DNA of 63,969 bases, the filler included, from Octopus bimaculoides (Eukaryota): assembly GCF_001194135.2 (NCBI RefSeq). It is 5 parts of 4 records of this genome, joined end to end, with 100 filler letters (N's around TTAATTAATTAA, not from the genome) between each part and the next. Parts side by side here need not be neighbours in the genome. Positions count along the whole stretch, not along the records: positions 1 to 15,073 come from NC_068983.1; positions 15,174 to 35,413 come from NC_068983.1; 3 more parts are not named here. The stretch is one strand, 5' to 3'. Position 1 is the stretch's first letter. Every line of letters begins with the position of its first letter. The notes below the pieces were generated by a model. The model was not told the DNA's origin, ran no database searches, and worked only from the letters and a program-made list of their open reading frames with translations. A program made the position numbers and the translations under genes. This document shows positions 13,768 to 26,570 of the stretch, piece after piece.

Positions 13768-14324
13768 GTGAATCCCTAAATCTCGAGAACTACGTAACCA
13801 ATTTCATTCAAGTTTTACACATGCCTTACTTTGGGTTGCAGTTGTGTTTTATTTAAAAAAAAATTTTAACTTCTTCCAGAGTTCGAGCCCACAGCAACAT
13901 AATATCTCCTCCACTATTAAAGTATTACTTGTCAAAAGTGAAACAAAAACACTCATGTGAAATACTTTCACTTTAAAAATGAAACTATTCTACTAACTGA
14001 AACAATCACATTTCGATACTGTAATGACAGATACTTTCAGAGAAAGAGAGAAAGAGAGAAAGAGAGAGAGAAAGAGTGAAAGAGAGAAAGAGAGAGAAAG
14101 AGATGTATATGTTTACGTATACATGTATATGTACACGTATATGCATAGATATATATATATATATATATATATAGATATAGATCTATATGCATACATGTAT
14201 ATGTATACACATGTGTAGANNNNNNNNNNCGTAGCTACTAACAGTTGAGGGTTGCGTAGTCTAGACGGCGTTTTAAGATTTCATTATTCTCTTTAACCCG
14301 GGCAAAGCCGGGTATTTCTGCTAG
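13707..14324 (+). mobile_element. Non-autonomous Helitron
   Basis: A|TCTATATATATAAAA 5' end followed by (GTCT)n; 3' hairpin ACCCGG-GCAAAG-CCGGGT 7 nt before CTAG|T; inserted in an AT dinucleotide without TSD. Confidence 0.8.
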
Positions 14325-14727
14325 TAAATTATAAAACGAAGATTTCGAATGTCATTCTACTTCACGTTTGTTATACTTTGGTTAAGGAAATTTAATAAGA
14401 ACGTCCATTGACAGATCATATTTAACTGCATACCTCGAAATATGATACAGAATGAAGTCATATCAAGTGGAAGATACATAGCCTAGAATTCAAGTTGCTA
14501 CATATAGTTGATAATTATCATTGTACTTTTTTTCCACCAAAGTTTCTGAACATGAATCATAAGCATACATTATATATGTATGCTGAAAGTAGAGCATTTT
14601 CTTTATTGGTCTACTCTACAAGAGACGATCTGGATGAAACAATTATTAAAATAGTCGATTGCAGAAGTTGATACCCGTGTTATTTTACATTGATACTAGT
14701 ATGAATTTCTCTCTGCGAGGAATATTC

Positions 14728-14927
14728 TTTTCTACTCGAGATACATGGCCCGAAATTTTGGGGGCGGGGGCAGTCCATTAGATCGATCCCGGTACGCAAC
14801 TGGTACTTAATTTATCGACCCCGAAAGGATGAGAGGCAAAGTCGACCTTGACGGAATTTTAACTCAGAACGTAAAAAACAGGCGAAATATCGATAAGCGT
14901 GCTAACGATTCTGTCAGCTCGCCGCCC
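14728..14927 (-). mobile_element. SINE family A
   Basis: Reverse complement of GGCGGCGAGCTG.CAGAATCGTTAGCACG...GAGTT.AAATTCCGTC.AGGTCGACTTTGCC..TCATCCTTTCGGGGTCGATAAATTAAGTACCAG. Confidence 0.9.
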
Positions 14928-15028
14928 CCTCAGCGAGCAATATTAACGTAGTACATGAGGATCGGACAAGAAGCGTTAGGGAATGTGAAGAGTGGTTGCA
15001 GAGATTACGAGTCAGAAACTACATCCTA

Positions 15029-15073
15029 GAAACGCTAGCACGCTGGGCGAAATGCTTAGCGGTACTTCGTCTG
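15029..15073 (+). mobile_element. SINE family A head, cut by scaffold join
   Basis: GAAACGCTAGCACGCTGGGCGAAATGCTTAGCGGTACTTCGTCTG. Confidence 0.75.
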
Positions 15074-15173
15074 NNNNNNNNNNNNNNNNNNNNNNNNNNN
15101 NNNNNNNNNNNNNNNNNTTAATTAATTAANNNNNNNNNNNNNNNNNNNNNNNNNNNNNNNNNNNNNNNNNNNN
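15074..15173. other. Artificial scaffold linker N44-TTAATTAATTAA-N44
   Basis: Identical 100-nt layout occurs four times; the 12-mer gives stops in all six frames. Confidence 0.9.
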
Positions 15174-15320
15174 ATTTATTTATATATATGCATGCATGCA
15201 TGCATACATGTATGTATGTATGTATGTATGTATTGATCAAAATTATTTGATTCAGTTACCTTGCTCCTCTAAGTTGCATTACTGTTTATACCTGATATCG
15301 ATTGATATTTCTAATTTTAA

Positions 15321-15532
15321 GGCGGCGAGCTGGAAGAAAAGTTAGCTCTCCGGGCAAAATGCCTAGCGGTATTTCGTCTGTCTTTACGTTCTGAGTTCAT
15401 ATTACGCCGAGGTCAATTTTGCCTTTAATCCTTCCGGAGTTGATAAATCAATTTCCAGTTGCGCACTTTGGTCGATCTAATCGACTGGCTTCTCCCCAAG
15501 TATTTCGGACTTTGTGCCTAGAGTAGAAAAGG
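15321..15532 (+). mobile_element. SINE family A, near full length
   Basis: GGCGGCGAGCTGGAAGAA head, B-box-like GAGTTCATATTAC, central CCGAGGTCAATTTTGCCTTTAATCCTTCCGG. Confidence 0.9.
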
Positions 15533-15539
15533 AGAGTTA

Positions 15540-16030
15540 AGACCTCTGGAGAAATGTTTCTTTAACCACATTAAGCACTTGGCCACGTTGGTAGAAGCCT
15601 CTAGATTAAATGAGTGGTTATAGCAGATTATTTTCCTTTTCTTAATTCTCATGGCGTGAGGAGAGGGGTGTGGTGTTCGTCCGCATACGTGAGTAGCTCA
15701 GAAAATCCGCTGCCAGGCAAACATCGTTGTAGAGGGGACAGGTTTATTAAAAGAATCCATGTTGGCTGAGAGTTTAAACACCAGTTTTCTAAAACATGAA
15801 ACCGTGCTTCTAATTACAGCAGGTAGGGGTGTTTTGCTCTTGTGGCTATATAGCGTTTCTTCATTAGGCATCCTGTAGGGTAGTATCTTCCCATGTTCAG
15901 GTCTCACGTTACGTCCAGTGAGGTTGGTAGTAACTGTTATGGACAAACTTAACTCATTTTATCAAATCCTTCCTCAACGTATAATCCAACGTCAGACTGT
16001 TATAACGTCCACGAATGTCTGTCACCGACT
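15540..16030 (-). mobile_element. Penelope-like RT C-terminal fragment (second lineage)
   Basis: LSITVTTNL, LDVT*DLNMGRYYP/YRMPNEETLYSHK, KLSANMDSFNK and RKIICYNHSFNLEASTNVAKCLMWLKKHF match the PLE RT thumb/linker pattern. Confidence 0.75.
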
Positions 16031-16109
16031 TCTCCGACTACTCGATTTCAGTATATTGTAACGACTGGCACATGCCTCTCGTTACGTGTGAGAGGTGCTC
16101 CAATATTCT

Positions 16110-16238
16110 TATCATCATCATCATCATCGTCATCATCATCATCATCGTCATCATCATCATCATCGTCATCATCATTATTATTATTACTATTACTATTATT
16201 AATATTATTGTCATTATTATTATCATCATTATTATTAT
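16110..16238. repeat. (ATC)n/(ATT)n microsatellite
   Basis: Direct trinucleotide runs. Confidence 0.9.
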
Positions 16239-16308
16239 GCCCATAACAGTGTGAGATAGAAAAAGATAGAAGGAGGGAGAAAGCATGTATGTGCTTGTAT
16301 ATATATAT

Positions 16309-16612
16309 GTGTGGAGTGGAGTGAAAGCATTTGAAGAGGCCAGGATGATGCAAGCAGGGCTCAAGAGACATTTAAGGAAAAAGGTGAAGACTGAGAAGGT
16401 GAATGACAAGGACCTGTTTGTGTGCACAGTCTGTGACAGACCATGTCTGTCCTTGGCTGGCCTCAAATCTCACCTGCGAACCCATGGAAAACAAACCTCA
16501 CCCAGCTATTCTGATTATATGTCTGTGCACACGTTTGAATGTGGTGTGTGCCAGAGGGTTTGCAAATCCAATGAGGGTCTTAAAAGACATGTTAGGATCC
16601 ACAATGAGCAGA
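16309..16612 (+). mobile_element. 5'-truncated RTE-type LINE ORF C-terminus with two C2H2 zinc fingers
   Basis: VWSGVKAFEEARMMQAGLKRHLRKK (RTE C-terminal helix pattern), then CTVC-x12-HLRTH and CGVC-x12-HVRIH without a TGEKP linker; open frame until the N gap. Confidence 0.7.
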
Positions 16613-16865
16613 NNNNNNNNNNNNNNNNNNNNNNNNNNNNNNNNNNNNNNNNNNNNNNNNNNNNNNNNNNNNNNNNNNNNNNNNNNNNNNNNNNNNNNNN
16701 NNNNNNNNNNNNNNNNNNNNNNNNNNNNNNNNNNNNNNNNNNNNNNNNNNNNNNNNNNNNNNNNNNNNNNNNNNNNNNNNNNNNNNNNNNNNNNNNNNNN
16801 NNNNNNNNNNNNNNNNNNNNNNNNNNNNNNNNNNNNNNNNNNNNNNNNNNNNNNNNNNNNNNNAT

Positions 16866-16867
16866 AT

Positions 16868-16930
<63 letters not shown>

Positions 16931-16931
16931 T
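16866..16931. repeat. (AGAT)n microsatellite
   Basis: Direct tetranucleotide run. Confidence 0.95.
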
Positions 16932-17399
16932 AATTATTACTATATTTTTTATATATCATGGGCATGTAATAACATTATAGGCATGTGCTGTTGTATAAAT
17001 ATGTTGCATTGACTTCACTAAAATTATTTAATGAGGTTGAAATAAAAAAAACGTGTCGTTTTGTAAATCAACTGCTTACATACCATTATTTAATGTTAGC
17101 TGTTGTTATATTCCCCCCCTATATATGCCGGTAACCATATTGCATAGATATCTCTTCCAAAAGTAAGAGATATCAATAGAGTCAGTATCTTTAATCTTAA
17201 ATTTCCAAAACATGGATAAGAGTAATAAATACTCCGCTGGGTATGGTGCACGTTTTTTTTAGACGTAGTTGTCTTATAAAATCTACGTATCTAGCATACA
17301 ACATATATACGTATGCTAAGAGAAACCTAGAGAAATATATGACTTGGGAAGTAAAGAATTTTATTGAGTGAAATTGAGAAGCATATAGAGGAGGTTAAA

Positions 17400-18505
17400 A
17401 CCCAATATCTTGACAGCTTTCGATACCATTACGGCTTGCAGGCATAAATTTCAATCGCTTTTATTAATATCTGCATTCTTCCTCTCCAGATAAACAGAAA
17501 TCTGGTCGTGCAAAGAAGATTTCGGATCTAATTAGGATCTATTTCTCTTTGAAATGGACTAAATTTGCCATCGTGGTGTTATCAATTACTCGCGGGAAAA
17601 GAGTCCGGCACTCCCAATGACATTCATGCTGACATGGATGCTACATTAGGGGAAGACGCTCCATCTCTATCAACAGTGCGATAGTGGGCAGCTAAACATA
17701 GGTGTGATGGGAAAGCTTTGAAGAACTATGAACGTTCTGCACCTGCTACCATCGAGGAAAACACTCATCATGTTTCCAGATGGTGGTCGATGACAGGAAA
17801 TTGACTATAAATCAAATATCCAACGCTATTAACATATCCCGTGAGAGAGTTGAAAATATTTGGCACGATGTACTTCTCATGACCAAGGTTTCTACTCGGT
17901 GAGTGCTACATCTTCAGACACCTGACTAAAAGCGCACCAGGCTGATCAGATCACGAGAAAATCTGACATTGTTTGAGGCAGATCCAGCCGGCTTCCTCAA
18001 ACGTTTCCTAAGCCAGTATGAGTGCTAGCGTCATACACTTGTGCCAGAGACAAAGGACAATATATCAATGTAGAGTGCTATGTCAGTTTGCTGAGGCAAT
18101 TATGAAAGTACTATCAAGACCAAATGCCTAGGAAAACTGAAGAAAGGTGTCTTGTTTCATCAGGCCCATGGTCCAGAACTCAAGTCTTTAGTTTCAATGA
18201 CCGCTAATGTAGCTTGTGGCTTTGAACTGGTTGATAACCCTCTTGGTTTCATCTGACTATCATCTGTTCCCAAACATGAAAAATACTTGGCTGTATACCA
18301 GTATCGCAGGGATGATGACGTATCTGCTGTTGACTTTTTGACCAACAAGTTGAAAACTTCGTCACGAACGGCATCAAAGCTCTGAAACACCGAGGAATGA
18401 AGTGTGTGGACCGCAAGCGGAAGTAAGTTATAGAATACACCTCATTTGGTCATATTCTATGAGAGTATCTTGATCATACTATGATTGGTTCAGCCGACCT
18501 TCGTA
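17400..18505 (+). mobile_element. Decayed mariner (DD34D-type) element with internal deletion
   Basis: DIHADMDATLGEDAPSLSTVR, DDRKLTINQISNAINISRERVENI, KGVLFHQ, SDYHLFPNMKK and NGIKALKHR..KCV; right end CAGCCGACCTTCG|TA; left boundary approximate. Confidence 0.85.
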
Positions 18506-19587
18506 TATCTTTATGCAATTTGATTTCTGTCCTAAATCAAATAGTTTTAAAATACTTTACTTCCCTGAATTTCAACCTTTTCAAACAATTTCTGGCCATG
18601 AGGTGTCTGTCTGAAAGAACATATTCCTGCTGGAAATCAATAACATTAAGTGGGTTGGCGGACCACAAGTCTTATTAGTACGTGATTCTGTCTTCAATGA
18701 AGTTGAAGTTGTCTTCTTCATGTTAGTGCTTCAATGAAATTCCAAATATATATATGAAATTCTTTAGGCATAAATCAAGAATGAAAGTACTTTCCCGAAT
18801 GACTATATTGCATAACAGCTTATATTATAGCTTCTTGCATCTAGACAAATTGACGCTGCGTAATCATTTTACATTCACTACACGATCCAGTGTTGGCACT
18901 TGACGTAAAACACACATAATTATTACTTATATTTTTGCAGCTCTTTCTTATCATTCGTATCGTTAGCCCACTTCCAAATGTGCAAAATTTACGTTTCGAT
19001 TATCAGCAGAGATCCTTCTACAGCTAAAGAGAATCAAATTGTAATGCGTTGTAATAATTCCAAATAAGAACGGCTGGTAACAGGCAAAACGTTGAAGAAC
19101 TCTAACGCAATAAAATGCCACTGTTCTGCGTATAATCGATAATACAATTCCACGTAAATATATATCACAGATCAAGACGAGACAGCAGCATTGATATAAG
19201 TAAATCTCCATCAATTTGCCATCGCGATAATGCGATGGATTTCAAGGCTTTCATTTTGTACGTAATATGGTCTTGTCAAATGAATTTTCAAACAGGCTCA
19301 AAACGCTGAAAAGCGTCTGACGCTCATGCAGGCCGCTGCTGGGAAGAACTTTTTCCTCTTATAATTAATGTGCTTTTAACTTAGCATGTCCATAAGAGAT
19401 TTTACGTGAGGATAAATGCTGCAGTAACTTGTCAATAAACAGTTTGTAAACATTTAATATGTTACAGTGAAGGCTGTATTTATTAATGTTTGGTTGATCC
19501 TATGCACTTGAAACACTTTTCTATATATTATTTAATAATACTTAATTGATGTATCAATTTTTGTAAAAAAAAAAAAGAGTCAATTAT

Positions 19588-19599
19588 ATGCTGCTGCTG

Positions 19600-19653
<54 letters not shown>

Positions 19654-19805
19654 TTACTACTACTACTACTAGTACGACTACTACTACTACTACTATTACT
19701 ACAACTACTACTAGTACTACTACTACCACCACCACCACCACCACCACCACCACTACTACTATTACTACTACTACTACTACNNNNNNNNNNCACCACTACT
19801 ACTAT

Positions 19806-19843
<38 letters not shown>

Positions 19844-19868
19844 ATAATAATAATAATAATAATAATAA
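19588..19868. repeat. Compound (CTA)n/(CCA)n/(ATA)n microsatellite
   Basis: Direct trinucleotide runs. Confidence 0.95.
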
Positions 19869-20164
19869 TCTATAAACATTAAAATCATTTTTAAATGTAC
19901 ATAACGGCACACACCTTTAACTGTCTTCTTGAAATTATACTATCATCGTATAAAGCTACCTTTAAAACAAACTTCTACTTTTCTTACGCTTTGACAGATA
20001 TTCACTAAAACAATACCCTGTACAAAACCATAAAATATCGGACCTTAGTCATAATACCAACTTGAACTTCTAACGTGTTGTCTTTTGAGCTCTTTGGGTG
20101 AGACTTGGAATCAAATTGTACAAAGCCAAAGCAAAAGCCAAACATTTGAAAAACATTATACTCA

Positions 20165-23100
20165 TTGCGTTTATTTGCCACCAGGTCGAAGGATGAAGGG
20201 GACAATACAAAGATAGACATATAGTGTGGTGTTTTACATATAATGACGTGATAAAAAAAGATGAAAGAAAGAAAGTAAATATACACGGTATACACTGAAA
20301 AAGAAGTGACATATGTACACAATACAAAGGTTTTAAAAAAAATGTAGCGGGGAGGATGATAGAGATGTGGCCCTCCTGATACAGGAAGACCTCTAGGGAT
20401 AATCGAGAAACCCACCTGTCCGAGATTTCCCTGAAAGCCCAGGAGCAAGTGCCCTCTCCAATTCCTTCTCTCCAACTCGAGATGTACCATCCACTGTTAC
20501 CATTTTCGCAACTTTCACCCACCTTTCAGTAAACTCATTCGAGAGCAGCACTTCCTTCTCCACTCTCAATTTCCTTTTCGAGTAAGACTAGAAGTCAATG
20601 AGAGCTCTATCAAAGAGGAATATATTTGTCCTTATCCCTTATGCCTTTTAACCTTGTCCACCAAACAACGTGTATCGTCTACTCACCAGGGAAAAGAAAA
20701 CTGCCTTACCTGCTCGATTGAAGGAGGGCGGCGGTGCGATCAACCTTATAGACTCGGCTGACAAACGGATCGATCCCGCACGTGACAGCAGCTGTTCGAC
20801 ATAACCCACAAGTCAGCAATGCCTGGACACTGAACTGTTTCGCCCATCTGCGTGCACCTCGGGCAAGACCGTCTGTCAGCTCATCTGTGCCCGTAGAGTT
20901 TATCTCGAACCGTTAGCGCCCCCCAGTAGCACTGCTAGGCCAAGGGCATCTGGAAATTATTCAAGATAGTTCCCGACCGAAAAGTCTTCCGGATCAGACT
21001 AGCCAGTTCGTTCTTGCCGACGCCTAGAGCCTCCCCGAGAACGTCGTGGCACTTCTAAAGCGGAACAACCGCCGATCCCATTGCCCTACTGGTAGACAGC
21101 TACGAAAGCCAGATGACATTCTAGATGCCAGGCTCCTAGTCTCGGTCTTCCCGTCATCCAGGACTGCAGCATCATGAAGGAGACGAGCTGAGGAAAGACG
21201 AGCCTCAGAAACGGAGCCCTCACTCACTCACCATCCAGAAATAATTTTATGTGGCGCATCTGCGCATTAGGAGCCACAGCATACCTAATCTGTCAATCAG
21301 GGGATGCTGGCAACAGACTGACTACTTGACCATTGGAATGTGTCTCTTCAAAAAGAATTTAAATAAGAGTCACTCCAACCTGGTTAATCAGTAACCGGCA
21401 CAAGGTAAAATGGCCAGGCGATAAATGATAACAGAAGTGATGTAGGCATTAATCACTTCTGCCCGATCTTTCAGGGAAAGCTTCCATTCAGCCCATTTCT
21501 GGGAAAGTCTGGCCACCCTGCTCGCTACCTCGTCGCAGTTCTTATTGACCTGGAAATCAGGACGAAACAGATCCCGAGCAGTTTAACTTGTCCGTCGGTT
21601 CGAAGGCATCGTCGTGCCTCTCCAGGAGCCCAACCACAAACCCACTGATTTGTCGGTGTTGATTTTAATACCTGCAACCGACTCATATTTCTTTAGGATG
21701 TTGCCGACCGTCTCCATTTCGGAATCGTTCGATACCATGACAGTGACGTCGTCTGGGTATGCCGACACTGCCCTTCCTTGTCCGTCCCAATGCGAAAGGG
21801 ATACACCTTAGCTGTTCCACCATCTGCAGCAGTGGCACGGATGCCAATACGTACAGAAGAGGCGACAGCGGGCAGGCCTGATGGCCCGAGAGGTTGATGC
21901 TAAACGGCGCCGATAGGTAACCGTTTACTTTGACTGCTGAACAGGTGTCGCTGAGCATTGCAACGATCTAGCTGCTGAAAAGGGTTCCGAAACCGTTTGC
22001 TTTCAGGGCGGCTTACAAGTAACGATGCTCAAGCTTATGGTGGAATGCTTTCGATTGATTCCAATTCATCACAACAGCCCCGAAGCAAGCTTTGGTCCTA
22101 TCCCTCTCTATAACGTTTCACATAAGGTGGAGGTTGTCGTAGATAGACCTACTTGGGATTACGCACGTTTGCAATTCTTCGACGATAAGCGCCAGCCATT
22201 TCGCTAACACCTGGCAAAATCTTAAACTCTGTATTTAGCAGAGTTTTGGGTTAAAAATTCTCGAGCACATCTCCATTGTCGGCGTCCTTCTTCAGCAGTG
22301 TCACCACATCCGTGCTAACAACACTACGAATCTCCCGTTTTGTTGCCAGTTACTGTAGACGTGTGCCAAGCGGTCGCCAAACAAACCTGGCATGAATACA
22401 TAGAATTCATAGGGCAGACTATCCAAACCGGGTGACTTGTGACTTGTGACATCGACTCTCCAGATTTCAGCTGCTATTTCTAGCCTTTCACATTACCTCG
22501 GGTCAGTTGCCGACAGACGCGGCACGCCGTCCAGGAACGAATTATAGTCCTGTTCCGTCGTCGACCTATTGCCCTCCTCAAACGGCAGCCGAAAGTGCTG
22601 CTGAAAAGCCGTACACATCTGCCCATCCCTATCCTTCAGAGATCTGATCGTGGTTTTATTTCCACGTCGCATCTCCAGCATTCGGGCCGATCGAACAGCT
22701 TTAGCTCCTACCTGTCTGAGCGCACGGGCCTTAGCTCTGACAACGCAACTTTCGTGTTTCGCTTTCAAGAAATGGTTAAGGGTCATTCACGCCTCTAACA
22801 TATCGGTCATAATGCCCTTTTTAATCGCCTCTTCTAATTTGCTAACTAGTCCACACTCTAATATTTTCCTTACTATTGCTACTCTTTGGTAAACGCTATC
22901 GATTCTACTCTAATCGGCCTCTTTAGGGCGGCCCACCGCCGGTGATTTTTCTGTTTCACTTAGGTACGCATGTTTTCCATCCAGGGAGATTTTTTCCTGC
23001 AAAGGGGTTGTTTTTATCGTTGTTGTTATTCTTTGTATTGATTATATCACTTTTACTGTTGATGTTGGTCCTGTCGTTGTTGGTGTTAGTCGGACTCAAA

Positions 23101-23390
23101 GCGACGTTATTATTTGTGGTGATGGTCATATCGTTAACCGAAGTATCCAAGCTACTTCCTAACGGGAAGCTGTACTGCTTATTTTTCTTTCACGTCAAAG
23201 CGTTATTGTTACTGTTGTTGTTACCGCTGTTGCTGTTTTTGTTGCTGCTACTGTTGCTGTTGTTATTGTTGTTGCTGTTCGTAGTGGGCGTGGCAGAGGT
23301 GATGGCGATGGTGGTCGTGGTGTCGGAGTTGTTGTTTGTTATCGGGATGGTCATCTTGTTTGGCTTGCTTGCTTGTCTAGTAGTCATGCT
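20165..23390 (-). mobile_element. Tx1/L1-clade LINE, decayed, endonuclease region missing
   Basis: RT motifs NF*PKTLLNTEFKIL, QSKAF, VKVNGYLSAPF..GHQACPLSPLLYVLA and AYPDDVTV..KINTDKSVGLWLGSW; zinc-knuckle remnant; terminal KRKLRVEKEVL..ERWVKVAK; AATAAA at 20170-20175 (-). Confidence 0.88.
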
Positions 23391-23819
23391 TTCAGGCGAA
23401 TAACTGTCACTCTCTCACATTTTTGTGGCCAGACACACCTCTGTCTCTCCCTTTCTTTCATTGATGACTGAAACTCTCTCGAAACTACTTTGTTGAGCAA
23501 AATTCTAAATTACTCCACGTGAAATATAAAATGGAATAAATTTGATAAGTCTCACAAGAGACAGGGGAACTTTTAACACAAATTAATAAAAACATAAATA
23601 AGGAACTCACCAGCAGAAGGATCCCTTATTCTCCACCCTGGTTGAAAATGACTGGAAAGCACCGCTATTTTCCGAAGAAAAACTGACAATATTCGAAAAC
23701 AAAATACGGAGACGAGGTCAGGCATTGCTTCCTCGGCTGACAGTCATAATAACAACAACAAAGCAATAATATTAATAATATTAATGATAACAATAACAGC
23801 AACAATAGTAATAATAAAA

Positions 23820-24405
23820 TTGATGATAATCAGCAAAAAAGTACGGGCAGAAACAAATTGAGGAGCAAATTGAGAAACCTCTGCATGGACAGTATACTTC
23901 GAAGTTGAAATGCTAATGTAGATCAAGCAACAACCCATCAGTGGTTGAGAAGTTCATGACTGAGAGCAGAGACTGAAGGTTTCATATTGGCGGCACAAGA
24001 CCAAAATTGTTCGCAAAAAACTACCAGGCTAAGGTCCTTCAAAACAGATCCTGCGACACATTTCACGAAACAATAGACCATTTTGTCTCGAGATGTCCTC
24101 TGCTGACACCAAACGAATATAAAAATCACCACAATATCGTAGGACAGTATTTACATTGGGAATTACGTAAACACTACAAAATCAGCACTCCTGCTTACTG
24201 GTACAAACATAATCCTGAGCCAGTCGTAGAAGGTAAAAATGCCACTATCATCTGGGATTTTTCAGTCAACACTGACAAGATGATCCAGGTTAATCGACCA
24301 GACATAATTATTAAAGACAGGGAAGAAAGTATTTGTAGATTAATAGATGTAAGTGTTCCCAGTGCTAAAAATATATCTGTAAAGGAATTTTACAAACTAA
24401 GTAAA
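23820..24405 (+). mobile_element. R4/Dong-type LINE C-terminal fragment (zinc knuckle plus restriction-like endonuclease)
   Basis: HGQY..THQWLRSS*LRAETEGFILAAQDQ, ETIDHFVSRCP, HNIVGQYLHWE and WDFSVNTDKMIQVNRPDIIIKD..LIDVSVP..KEFYKLSK. Confidence 0.85.
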
Positions 24406-24554
24406 TGTAGTTCTATATTTAACAGATGATAAATTATGTATATTATTTACGTCATTTACATTATTTACATTCGACGGATATTTATCCTCATCTTGTTTGT
24501 TGTTATCACAAAGTTTCCTTAGGTATTTTTCGATGTTGCTGTCGTTGTTGATGC

Positions 24555-24618
<64 letters not shown>

Positions 24619-24694
24619 GTTATTATTATTATTGTTATTATTATTATTATTATTCAGGTTACTGCCTGGAATTGAACTACTACGCCATATACCC
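24406..24694 (-). mobile_element. Inverted, internally deleted copy of the hammerhead-bearing SINE (family F)
   Basis: Reverse complement matches the head (GGGTATATGGCGTAGT/AGTTCAATTCCAGGCAGTAACCTG), microsatellite and tail (ACAACAAACAAGATGAGGA.AAATATCCGTC..AAATATAGAACT) of 24697-25078. Confidence 0.85.
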
Positions 24695-24696
24695 AC

Positions 24697-25078
<382 letters not shown>

Positions 25079-25739
25079 AAAAACAATAACAGTATTACGG
25101 ATGTGTCCGAGCGAGCTCCCTACGAAGAAAGATTAAATCTGTGATGAACGGCAAACAAGGTTTTAAGAAACTCCAAAAATATGAAAAGAAAATTCTTTCT
25201 TAATGTAAATCATTTCAGAACACCGAAATATTTCTTTCATATATGAAACATAATTGCTGTCAGCCACGTTGTCACAGCAAGAGACGTGTGTGAAAATTTA
25301 AGCAACACGTAGAATTGAGGTATGTCTATGCAACAGTTGAAAAAATACACGGGAAAAAAAACTGAGTACAAATAATAATCATAAATACAGTCTCATTTCT
25401 ACACATATACACATTAATGTTATGATTATGTAGTTCACACACGCACTCGTACATTCCGTACATGAGCAACACAACAAAGAACACACAGTGTTAAAGCAAA
25501 TTGAAAGAGACAAATAATAATGACAATAAGTATAAGATGCAACTCGTCTTATTTTAAACAGAGAAAATGCAAATGTGCTCGGTAATAAAAATTAAAAAAA
25601 GAAATAGCAGTGAATTTTTATATATATGTCTCACACACTCACGATACAAAAATAATAGTAGCACATGTCCAGAAACGGTGTTCTGCCAAAAAGGTAGCCC
25701 TGAACAAGCCAACCTCTCTCCTAATGTCTCTGCCCAAGC

Positions 25740-26570
25740 AAAAACCAAAACCAAAAGAGAATAGTGGACAGATGACTTCTACCTCTAAGTGCTATATGCG
25801 TTTTACAAGGCAAAACTATACCCGGGAAACACAAGGACAACAAGAGAAACACACCAAACACGGGAGAGAATAAGAAATACTGATAGAAGGGTGAAAGTCT
25901 CGCAAAAATACTCTTCCGTATATCCGGTGATATATCCTATGTGAGGGAAAAGTACCCCAAACAGAAATAAACAATCTAATAGATAAAATAAACATGGAAA
26001 ATAAAACAAAACATCTCATAACACAAAACTGGGCTGTAATCAATTAAAAGCAGTACATCAGTCATTATATCTCCGAAAACGCATAAGATAGTACAAAAGA
26101 AGGAAGGGAACACAACAGAGATCACACTGTACACAGTAAATAAAAGGCTAAGCCAAAGAAAATATTCTACAGCTACCCAACCCAGAAATAAAGAGAACAG
26201 TAGAGGAAATCAACAACAAACATAAACAGGCAAATACTGAAATACAAAACAACAAGCAAAATAATACACACTGTAACAGACCAGCTATAACCGAGTCCGG
26301 AGACAAACCGACTGAAGAAATAACAAAGATAGAAGAAAACATCATACAGTCGATAAGTATAGACCAGCTTAATTGTCTCTCCAGGCTACAAAAAAAAAAG
26401 GAAAATGAACAGCTCTATGAAAGGATAAATAGATACAACAGAGCCTTACAAGCATAATAATAATGACCATATCAAAAGATACACTAGATATCAACAAACT
26501 AAATGGCTGCATCACAACAGCTGTAGTGATATCGAGAGAAACTGAGCTTGACCTTACTAAAAAAAAAAAG
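25740..26570 (+). mobile_element. Probable N-terminal region of an R4/Dong-type LINE ORF, decayed
   Basis: WTDDFYL*VLYAFYKAKLYP.NTRTT.ET and ..DTLDINKLNGCITTAVVI resemble, from memory, the N-terminal domain of these elements; A-rich coding-like strand bias. Confidence 0.4.

Noticed and set aside
15118-15129. TTAATTAATTAA island as a biological motif (homeobox or PacI-like site)
   Set aside because: Always centred in exactly 44+44 N, four times: an assembly linker
16285-16875. Host Kruppel-type C2H2 zinc-finger gene
   Set aside because: No TGEKP linker; an RTE-like helix precedes the fingers and the 5' side is microsatellite, so a LINE origin is preferred
17147-17174. Perfect 10-bp hairpin GATATCTCTT/AAGAGATATC (similar short ones at 19219-19238 and 3338-3372)
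   Set aside because: Too short for a pre-miRNA, with no terminator logic in a eukaryote; compatible with chance
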